A stretch of 64,000 nt of DNA, from positions 437 to 64,436 of the forward strand of contig JAJFFV010000004.1 of the NCBI GenBank assembly GCA_021776475.1, read 5' to 3'. Within the stretch, counting starts at the first letter, position 1. Every line of letters starts with the position of its first letter. This document shows, piece after piece, positions 57,030 to 64,000 of this stretch. The DNA is from Parvularculaceae bacterium. GTDB lineage: Bacteria > Pseudomonadota > Alphaproteobacteria > Caulobacterales > Parvularculaceae. Under the pieces are notes generated by a model. It was not told where the DNA came from. It saw nothing but the letters and a program-made list of their open reading frames with translations, and made no database searches. Both the position numbers and the translations under genes were made by a program.

Positions 57030-58160
57030 TCACTTTCCGTAAGGGGACAGGCTCAGATCCTGTGTGACAATGATCTGGAATGCCCAACCTGGCCGAACCG
57101 TCAATGTCGGCTTGATATTAAGCTGTCTGCGCAGCAATTGCTGACCAGCATGGTTGGCTGTTCCCTGCAACCCTTCGCGCAAGGCACGAGCGACGTCACC
57201 GTCATCATTATCGACAGCCAGTTCCGCCCCGACCCCCAGTAGCGTTGAAAGGACGCCGGCGCGGACCAGTTTGCCAGTATGATTGTCAACTCGGTCGCTG
57301 AGCCCTGAATACCCGGCAAGGTCGGCGGCACCAAGATTATCAAGTAAGACGGACGAGCCATCCGGATTGACGATCCGGCGCCACGAAATAAAAACCCGCC
57401 TTTGGCCAAAGTCGATGCCGCTGTCATAAGCACCGATGATCCGGGCCCCTTGCGGGATCAACACATGCTCTCCTGTCGCACTGTCATAGACATTCTGTGT
57501 CACCTGGGCGATGACCGGTCCGGGCAAATCAGAGTTGATGCCGGTGATGAGGCTCGCCGGGATCAATGTACCAGCGGTAATTGTCTCACTCCCGATTTGG
57601 CCCGGCGAGTTACTGCTGGCGAGCGCCGTTGCAATTATGCGTTCCGGCGCACCGCCAGCCTTGTTTGAGGTTGAGAAAAACAACGCCGATTGATTTGCCT
57701 CGCTGGTCGGTGCTGAGGCGGGTGAAAAACGCCGCGCTTTCAAGGAAGAAACCGGGCCGTATGTGAGCTGTGCCTCATCGGCTTTTTCAACCGTCTCAAC
57801 AATTGCCGAAAGATCAACTGGCGGCATCAGCGTTTCTGTCTGTTCAATCTCACCGTAGTTACGGGGCAAATCCTGAATTTGGTCGGTCACAGACCTCGAA
57901 GTGACATTGTAGAGCTCTCGGCCTGTTGCTTCACTACGCGCCGAAGGCGGCCCGATGGTGATCAGGAGCGATAAAATCAACACGACACTAATGACCGCGA
58001 CGCGACGGAATAAAACGGAATGGTTACTCGCTGAATCCTGCTTGCTATTGTGATTCTCATCAATGGCACGGGCAGCTATTGGCCGCAGCAGGCGGTTGGT
58101 GTTTTCATTTGGTGTTCGCTTTTGTGGAAAAGCGTACACTGGGTGGCAGGAACTCGCCAA
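57030..58160 (-). CDS. trbI: TrbI/VirB10-family conjugal transfer protein
   Basis: TM anchor plus conserved core GTLIPASLITGINSDLPGPVIAQVTQNVYDSATGEHVLIPQGARIIGAYDSGIDFGQRRVFISWRRIVNPDGSSVLLD. Confidence 0.85.
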   Translation of the reverse strand: MASSCHPVYAFPQKRTPNENTNRLLRPIAARAIDENHNSKQDSASNHSVLFRRVAVISVVLILSLLITIGPPSARSEATGRELYNVTSRSVTDQIQDLPRNYGEIEQTETLMPPVDLSAIVETVEKADEAQLTYGPVSSLKARRFSPASAPTSEANQSALFFSTSNKAGGAPERIIATALASSNSPGQIGSETITAGTLIPASLITGINSDLPGPVIAQVTQNVYDSATGEHVLIPQGARIIGAYDSGIDFGQRRVFISWRRIVNPDGSSVLLDNLGAADLAGYSGLSDRVDNHTGKLVRAGVLSTLLGVGAELAVDNDDGDVARALREGLQGTANHAGQQLLRRQLNIKPTLTVRPGWAFQIIVTQDLSLSPYGK

Positions 58161-58322
58161 TTCTGTTCAAAATGTCTTCGCCAAAAGCGGTCATTCAGCC
58201 CCGAAATTTGGATGGCAGCAATGCGCGCAAAAGGGAGCAGTCGCTGAAGGCTTGGCACTCGTATCTTGCGGAAAATAAGTATCAGAATTTTACTCAATCC
58301 ATTCAACGATTGGTGGTGGCAA

Positions 58323-60296
58323 TCACCTCGTGAGTCCGACACGGCGCAACAAGTCATCATAACGTGGGTCGGAGCGCAGACTATCCAGCTCAGGTGCAGC
58401 ATTCAGCCAGGCCATAGACCGGCTGCGAAGGTCATAAGCTTCTTCCAATAATACGAATGCTTGGTCAAACTCTCCAAGCGCGGAATGAATTACCGCCAAC
58501 TGATAGGGTGACACATAGCTCTCATTACGCAGAGCGGTTAGTTCGGCGAGAGCCTCTCTAGCCTCGACGTCACGCCCAGTTTTTGCATATGCGTAGCCCA
58601 ATGCACTGATTGGCATTGCGTGCCCGCCACCAGCATCGCGCGCTTTTAAAAAGGCTGATATCGCTTCACTATATTCATTTTGACGCAAATGAAATTGCCC
58701 AATTCCCCAATGTACGCCCCAATGTTCTGGGTATATTTCTAGTATCTGATCGAACGTTGTTCGCGCTTTCTCAAAATTTCCGGATTGTAGGTATTGCCAT
58801 CCCAAATTGATATTCGCAGCGCGCGATAATGGGTCAAGGCTCTTGGCGACTTCGGCTTCTTGAACTGCGGCAATTTGATTGCCCATGGCTTCGTGGTAAT
58901 AGCTGTAATAAATATGCGCTTGAGAGTAACTGGGATTTACTTCGATCGCGCGCTCAAGCGAGGATTTTGCGCTCGGCCAATCCCAATCATACTTTAACTG
59001 AATGATCCCAAGGAACGCATGCGGTTCAGCACGCGTGCTATCCAACCTTAGCGCTTCCATAATTGCCTTTTTGGCGGTTGACATTCCCTCGCTTGGCTTA
59101 ACAAGTTCAAATCCATGTCCACCCAACAAACAATAGCACACGGCCAAACCCGAATGCGACGGTGAGTAATTAGGCTGTTTCTCAATTGATTGCTTAAAGA
59201 AGGATATGCCTTTTCGAAATCCATCCTCAGTCATCGTGTTTAGGAAAAAACGCCCTTTCAGGTACGCTTCGTACGCAGAAGGGTCAACAATAGGAGCGAT
59301 AGAAGTAGATCTCGCCGTTCCAGACGCGATTTCTAGTGCAATCGAAGAAACAATTCGTTCAACGACATCATCTTGTAGGCGAAGGATATCAGACATGCCT
59401 CGCTCATAGCTCTCCGCCCATAGATGTCTGTCGGTTTCTGCTTCAATCAATTGCACTGAGATGCGGACTTTGTCGCCAACTCTCATTACCGATCCTTCGA
59501 TAAGATGGCTCGCGCCCAGCTGTTCTCCAATTTCGGCAATTTGTTGGTTGCTGTCTTTAAAAGCCATGATGGAAGTCATGGATGTTACGCTTGCGACGCG
59601 TTCTTGCGCCAGCCTTGTGATCAAAGCATCCGTCATTCCCTGGCTGAAATAGTCTTCAGCGGGATCGCTGGAAAAGTTGCGAAGCGGTAATACCGCCACG
59701 GAAAGTTCACGCGATATAGATGTGGGGCGCTCAAATGTCGGTGCGATTCGCGGCCATATATAGATGCCAGCTGTTACAACTAATATTGAGACGGCAGAAA
59801 TGATCGGGACCAAGTACGCGTAAGTCGGAATGCGATGCAAAAGCCTGCGCTCTTTTATACCGACTACACCGTCGACGTCGTCTAAATTTTCGAATTTGGC
59901 CCTCGCCGCAACAGCCGAGAAAGTTGGAACATATGTGCCAATCGGTAACTCTATTCGAATTGGATCGTCGCGGCCGTCAATGGCGTTATATTTTTCCAGT
60001 TTTCCTCGCAAACGACTGGCCTCGACGCGCACGATTGAGCTTGTCTGAGGATCGAACGACTCATCCCGACCGAAGACGTCAACTGCAATCGAATACTCTT
60101 TGAGGTCGTCAGACCTTCCGGCGAGAGCATTTGTTACAATGTATCTTAGAAATTCCTGTAAGCGAGTAGATGATGAGAACTCTTTGCTTGAAAGAATCTG
60201 CTCAAATTGTGCCAGAACATCCGTATCAGAAATCGCTCTGGCAGAATTTAGCTCGCCATCGAATTTTCTTGGACCGTGATCAACCGGCTCGCCCAT
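58323..60296 (-). CDS. winged-helix (transcriptional-activator-like) N-domain, TM segment and TPR-repeat protein
   Basis: RLQEFLRYIVTNALAGRSDDLKEYSIAVDVFGRDESFDPQTSSIVRVEASRLRGKLEKY. One TM helix. C-terminal TPR repeats. Confidence 0.7.
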   Translation of the reverse strand: MGEPVDHGPRKFDGELNSARAISDTDVLAQFEQILSSKEFSSSTRLQEFLRYIVTNALAGRSDDLKEYSIAVDVFGRDESFDPQTSSIVRVEASRLRGKLEKYNAIDGRDDPIRIELPIGTYVPTFSAVAARAKFENLDDVDGVVGIKERRLLHRIPTYAYLVPIISAVSILVVTAGIYIWPRIAPTFERPTSISRELSVAVLPLRNFSSDPAEDYFSQGMTDALITRLAQERVASVTSMTSIMAFKDSNQQIAEIGEQLGASHLIEGSVMRVGDKVRISVQLIEAETDRHLWAESYERGMSDILRLQDDVVERIVSSIALEIASGTARSTSIAPIVDPSAYEAYLKGRFFLNTMTEDGFRKGISFFKQSIEKQPNYSPSHSGLAVCYCLLGGHGFELVKPSEGMSTAKKAIMEALRLDSTRAEPHAFLGIIQLKYDWDWPSAKSSLERAIEVNPSYSQAHIYYSYYHEAMGNQIAAVQEAEVAKSLDPLSRAANINLGWQYLQSGNFEKARTTFDQILEIYPEHWGVHWGIGQFHLRQNEYSEAISAFLKARDAGGGHAMPISALGYAYAKTGRDVEAREALAELTALRNESYVSPYQLAVIHSALGEFDQAFVLLEEAYDLRSRSMAWLNAAPELDSLRSDPRYDDLLRRVGLTR

Positions 60297-60551
60297 AGCC
60301 CGATAAAAACCTTTCGCGGCACCGCAAGCATTGCGGGGTCAATTTTTAAAAATAGACGTTACTCCCAACAAGCGACAAGAACTAAAGGATATTTTCACAA
60401 AAAGCACAACTCGCGCGCTCGGTAATATCAGTGTTACTCGCGGTTAGAAACTTCTTTTGCTGATTACTTTGACGGAGATTTCCCAGTGTAAGCGGCCAAT
60501 TCAAATTCACAATCCACCGAATTGACCAAAAGCCACACCAGGGAGATCAAA

Positions 60552-61052
60552 ATGCGACTAAAACCAATATTGGCGGGTCTTGCACTCATATCAGTGCCAT
60601 TTGACGCACCGACAATTGTGCCGAGTGCTTACGCCGAAGAAACTGAAAAATCGTTGTATGATCGATTAGGCGGCTATGCAGGCGTATCCGCCGTCGTCGA
60701 TGAATTCGCAGAACGCTTGTTTCATGATCCAAAGATCGCTCAGTTTTTTGCAGGTATGGGCGACGACACCCGCGCATCATTTAAACAGAAAAACAAAAAC
60801 CTAGTTTGCGCTGTCACGGGCGGCCCTTGCAAAGTGATCAGTCGAGACGCGAAGGTCGTTCATGGCGGTTTGGGCATTACTGCGGCCGATTTCAATGTAG
60901 TTGCTGGTCATTTGAAGGACGTTCTCGTCGAATTCAATGTCCCGGACGCCGAACAAGATGAGCTCTTTACAATAATCCTTACATTGCGTCCGGCGATTGT
61001 CGATCGACCTGACGAAGACAGTTTAAGCAAAGACGCACCTGCACAGCGCTGA
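60552..61052 (+). CDS. group-I truncated haemoglobin (trHbN) with N-terminal signal peptide
   Basis: GGGAGA upstream of the ATG at 60552. MRLKPILAGLALISVPF...PSAYA|EE. Globin core SLYDRLGGYAGVSAVVDEFAERLFHDPKIAQFF...VHGGLGIT. Confidence 0.8.
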   Translation: MRLKPILAGLALISVPFDAPTIVPSAYAEETEKSLYDRLGGYAGVSAVVDEFAERLFHDPKIAQFFAGMGDDTRASFKQKNKNLVCAVTGGPCKVISRDAKVVHGGLGITAADFNVVAGHLKDVLVEFNVPDAEQDELFTIILTLRPAIVDRPDEDSLSKDAPAQR

Positions 61053-61164
61053 GCAAAAATGAATCTTGCGTAGGCGGCTATCAAATCAAGTTTATTACTT
61101 ACCGCCTTCGCTATCTCACAATTCGCCGACAAAAGATTGGCTTCCCCAAAAAGGGCGCAAACTG

Positions 61165-62379
61165 ATGACTATTTACGCAGAAAGTTTTGAGGTAGCCGTA
61201 GCAGCCGTGAAAATGGAAGGCCGCTATCGGGTGTTTGCTGACATCGAGCGAATAAAGGGAGCGTATCCGAAAGCTCGCTATTATGATGATGACAACATCA
61301 GGGAAGTTACGGTTTGGTGTTCGAACGATTATCTCGGCATGGGGCAGCATCCTGAAGTAACGGACGCAATGCAGCGTGCTGTTGAAGAAGTTGGCGCTGG
61401 GGCTGGCGGCACCCGTAATATCGCGGGCACAACTCACTATCATGTGCTTCTTGAACGAGAGTTGGCTTCAATGCATGGCAAAGAAGCAGCGCTGCTATTT
61501 ACTTCGGGGTATGTGGCGAACGAAGCAACGCTTTCAACTATCTCGCGTGTCTTATCAGATTGCATCATGCTCTCAGATGAATGCAATCACGCTTCGATGA
61601 TTGAAGGTATTCGAGCCGGGAGGTGTGCAAAGCTTATATGGCGGCACAATGATCTCAATCATCTTGAGGAGTTGTTGCGTGATTTGCCTACTGATCGACC
61701 AAAAGTCATCGCCTTTGAGTCTGTCTATTCCATGGACGGAGATATCGCCCCGCTCCGGGAAATCTGCGATCTCGCTGAAAAATATAATGCATTTACGTAT
61801 CTAGACGAAGTGCATGCCGTGGGTTTGTACGGGTCTGAAGGTGGAGGAATATCCCAACGTGACGGCGTGTCAGGCCGGATAGATGTTATCGAAGGAACGC
61901 TCGGAAAGGCCTTCGGCGTCATGGGTGGATATGTTGCTGCAACAAGCGCGTTTGTCGACGCCATCAGATCATATGCGTCCGGTTTTATTTTTACGACCGC
62001 GCTATCCCCAGTATTGGTCGCCGGCGCGCTAGCCAGTGTCAGACACTTGCGTCAAACAGGTGACTTACGTGCGCGGCACCAGGAACGCGCCGCGACATTG
62101 AAATTGCGGCTCGGTGCAGTCGGACTTCCAGTTATGCCCTCCGCAAGCCACATCGTCCCGCTCTTAGTGGGCGATCCGATGCAGTGCAAATACGTATCAG
62201 ACTTCCTGCTTCAGCAGCATAAAATCTACGTCCAACCAATTAACTATCCTACGGTACCGAAAGGTACTGAACGGCTTCGCTTAACGCCATCGCCAGCACA
62301 TACGAATGATCACATGACGACCCTTGTCGATGCACTAAACGACGCTTGGGCTGTGTTGAAGATCAAGCGCGCCGCATGA
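61165..62379 (+). CDS. hemA: 5-aminolevulinate synthase
   Basis: [12 protein letters not shown]...[16 protein letters not shown]...TSGYVANEA...[12 protein letters not shown]...GTLGKAFG (PLP-Lys). Confidence 0.9.
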   Translation: MTIYAESFEVAVAAVKMEGRYRVFADIERIKGAYPKARYYDDDNIREVTVWCSNDYLGMGQHPEVTDAMQRAVEEVGAGAGGTRNIAGTTHYHVLLERELASMHGKEAALLFTSGYVANEATLSTISRVLSDCIMLSDECNHASMIEGIRAGRCAKLIWRHNDLNHLEELLRDLPTDRPKVIAFESVYSMDGDIAPLREICDLAEKYNAFTYLDEVHAVGLYGSEGGGISQRDGVSGRIDVIEGTLGKAFGVMGGYVAATSAFVDAIRSYASGFIFTTALSPVLVAGALASVRHLRQTGDLRARHQERAATLKLRLGAVGLPVMPSASHIVPLLVGDPMQCKYVSDFLLQQHKIYVQPINYPTVPKGTERLRLTPSPAHTNDHMTTLVDALNDAWAVLKIKRAA

Positions 62380-62444
62380 AGCGAAATATCGAAATCAAAT
62401 TAGAAATAGAGTCAATTAACTGTAACCCAAAAAAGGAGACCACT

Positions 62445-62798
62445 ATGTCAAGTCAAATAGCACGTTTAGAATCCGGTGCCAACGAACTCACGCGACAGGG
62501 AAAAATCATCGAGTCAATCGACACGTATTATTCTGATAACTGTGTATTCATTGAACCGGATGGCTCATCGCGCCAGTCAAGGCAAGCGGAAAGAGACCAT
62601 CTTGAGGCGTTTTTTAGCGGTCTTAAGAGTTTCGACGGCGCAACGCTACACGGCCAGTCTGTTGGCGATGATCTTTCCATGAGTGAATGGACATTCAATA
62701 TGACCGGCGGTGACGGTGAAAAAATCGTATGGAACGAAGTTCTTGTACGTCGATGGGATGACGAAAAGATTGTCATGGAGAAATACTACGCAGCATGA
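62445..62798 (+). CDS. SnoaL/NTF2-like small protein
   Basis: AAGGAG upstream of the ATG at 62445. ...IDTYYSDNCVFIEPDG...EVLVRRWDDEKIVMEKYY. Confidence 0.6.
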   Translation: MSSQIARLESGANELTRQGKIIESIDTYYSDNCVFIEPDGSSRQSRQAERDHLEAFFSGLKSFDGATLHGQSVGDDLSMSEWTFNMTGGDGEKIVWNEVLVRRWDDEKIVMEKYYAA

Positions 62799-62926
62799 GC
62801 TGGCGGACGCGCCTGGTCGTTAATCTCGTTGTGTTCGCCTAAAACCTGGCGCGAGTCGCGCTCGAATAGTTGATTTTAATTCTTTCCAACCTGCTGAGTT
62901 GCGTGAACCAATTTTCGGAGCGAATA

Positions 62927-64000
62927 ATGAACATTTTTTGTAAACAGCGATCAAAACAAATACTTCAATCAAAAGCTGGTCTATTGGCGCTCATTATTCC
63001 GTTGGCGGGATGTGGTGGAAGTCCGCCTCAAGAAACGACGGGACGCGCGGCAACTGAAAATGATTCAAGTCGAGCAACACAACCATTGTCAAGTCAAACG
63101 AGCCAGCGTTCAGAACAGAAGTCGTATTTCACGATCAACAGCGACGGCAATCTAGTGCGCCCGACGGGGTTTCGCGAGTGGGTTTATGTCGGCACGCCAC
63201 TGACGCCAAATGAGTTAAATCCACCTGAAGCACCATTTCCGGAATTCCACAATGTTTATGTTGATCCAGATAGCTGGAGCCATTTCAAAGCGACCGGTGA
63301 GTTTCGTGACGGCACAATCATAGTCAAAGAGCTTGCAACAGTAGGCGCTAATGCTGCGGTTAGTGGAAATGGCTTTTTCATGGGGGACTTTCGCGGACTC
63401 GAAGCAACGATAAAAAGTGCACAATATTTTCCCGATGAACCAGGCAACTGGGCCTATTTCAGCTTTGGCCATGATTATCCGCTTGCGGAAACTGCTGAAG
63501 CTTTTCCAACAGCGGCATGTAATGCCTGTCATGCCGCTTCGGCCGCGACAGATTTTGTTTTTACGCAGTACTATCCAGTTCTTCGTGCGCGCAGTGCATC
63601 TGTTGTGCCGGGCCCTGTCGTGATGGACTTCAATTCGCGCGCAGAGCTCCAAAATGCGATGTTAGCGGCTACAAGCGCGATCGGAGAACCGCGTGCAGAA
63701 ACTGGCACATCGCCTGGAGAAGTTCCGACGGAACTCGATGCACTTTTCGAGTATTTGAACGATAAGGAATATGAAAACTTTGCCGCGCGTGAGTCTGCGT
63801 TACATCCTTCTAGAGGTCCGCATGCTAATTTTGGCTCGCCGGTCCGAGTTTTTATGAGTGATAATGTTGCCGCTTCTCTCGAAGCCGGAAATGACTTCCA
63901 TCCAGTTGGATCTTCAATAGTCAAGGAAATGTATGAAGACGATGGTGAAACATTACAGGGATGGGCAGTGATGGTTAAAACTCAATCCGATAGCGACGGA
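62927..64000 (+). CDS. cytochrome P460-family lipoprotein, two P460-like halves (3' end outside the window)
   Basis: Not in the ORF track because it is open-ended. I translated 358 codons without a stop. Lipobox LIIPLAGCGG. FREWVYVGTP...FHNVYVDP...FRDGTIIVKE. Haem motif CNACH. The second half has FHPVGSSIVKEMYED...GWAVMVK. Confidence 0.7.
   Translation, partial: MNIFCKQRSKQILQSKAGLLALIIPLAGCGGSPPQETTGRAATENDSSRATQPLSSQTSQRSEQKSYFTINSDGNLVRPTGFREWVYVGTPLTPNELNPPEAPFPEFHNVYVDPDSWSHFKATGEFRDGTIIVKELATVGANAAVSGNGFFMGDFRGLEATIKSAQYFPDEPGNWAYFSFGHDYPLAETAEAFPTAACNACHAASAATDFVFTQYYPVLRARSASVVPGPVVMDFNSRAELQNAMLAATSAIGEPRAETGTSPGEVPTELDALFEYLNDKEYENFAARESALHPSRGPHANFGSPVRVFMSDNVAASLEAGNDFHPVGSSIVKEMYEDDGETLQGWAVMVKTQSDSDG

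Larger units (their letters stand above)
54575..58160 (-). mobile_element. remnant of the distal end of an integrative conjugative element (trbI-DUF2274-alpA-hipBA), with no other trb genes and no integrase in the window
   Basis: Gene content and order. The position upstream of trbI, where trbG would be expected, is occupied by an unrelated wHTH-TPR gene. Confidence 0.5.

Noticed and set aside
55691-57242. Plus-strand ORFs 55691..56296, 55867..56229 and 56808..57242
   Set aside because: Antisense to hipA/hipB and to DUF2274/trbI, which are motif-supported.
60320-60345. CGCAA-N3-TTGCG inverted repeat upstream of the truncated haemoglobin, considered as an FNR/NnrR box
   Set aside because: Orientation and spacing (CGCAA..TTGCG, 3-nt spacer) are the reverse of the TTG-N8-CAA type consensus. 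There is too little support without a search.
63215-63924. Minus-strand ORFs 63215..63652 and 63571..63924
   Set aside because: Antisense to the open-ended cytochrome P460 gene, which has a lipobox, a CNACH haem motif and family strings on the plus strand.
1-64000. Search for tRNA, rRNA, integrase, transposase and CRISPR arrays
   Set aside because: I found no T-loop/acceptor-like tRNA signature, no rRNA-like stretch, no spaced repeat array, and no intact recombinase ORF by eye. A tRNAscan/Infernal run could still reveal small RNAs that I cannot see.

Overview
64-kb mosaic segment that looks alphaproteobacterial (hemA-type 5-aminolevulinate synthase, CC0125/CC1285-type lipoprotein, Trb-type conjugation remnant). 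I saw no rRNA, tRNA or CRISPR array. All functional calls come from motif recognition by eye, not from database searches. Layout: (1) 1.1-4.2 kb: MerR-controlled mer-like operon with no MerA (MerT-like, CGPC thioredoxin-fold, two tandem 4-TM paralogs, GDCCVxC protein). (2) 4.2-18.8 kb: copper island with CopA P-type ATPase, LTXXQ periplasmic protein, DUF2231-NTF2 fusion, acyltransferase, PepSY protein, CsoR, and an operon of Cys-rich gene/cusC/cusB/cusA/cusF. Four ATACCCC-N3-GGGGTAT CsoR-type dyads tie these together. (3) 19-20.4 kb: AT-richer stand-alone membrane-embedded alpha/beta-hydrolase. (4) 20.5-27.1 kb: HxlR/cupin pair and a QEGLA(DUF1704)/M14-like/RimK/retropepsin-like cluster. (5) 27.2-40.9 kb: unusually dense ion-channel/transporter island (CaCA, three MscS-family-like, TM-less MgtE paralog + MgtE, CNNM, CorA/ZntB-like, MFS, DUF389, orphan REC-histidine kinase). 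(6) 41.2-47.6 kb: S8 protease, ECF sigma, anti-sigma, lipoprotein, large secreted protein, and two tandem 4-Cys small secreted paralogs. (7) 47.9-58.2 kb: decayed accessory DNA with a Fic pseudogene, nnrS/5-FCL, membrane patatin-like lipase, high-GC VOC gene, TPR-gene stub, hipBA, alpA, DUF2274 and trbI (ICE remnant). (8) 58.3-64 kb: wHTH-TPR protein, signal-peptide truncated haemoglobin, hemA, SnoaL-like protein, and a cytochrome P460 lipoprotein that runs off the window. Several genes carry single-base frameshifts or truncations.
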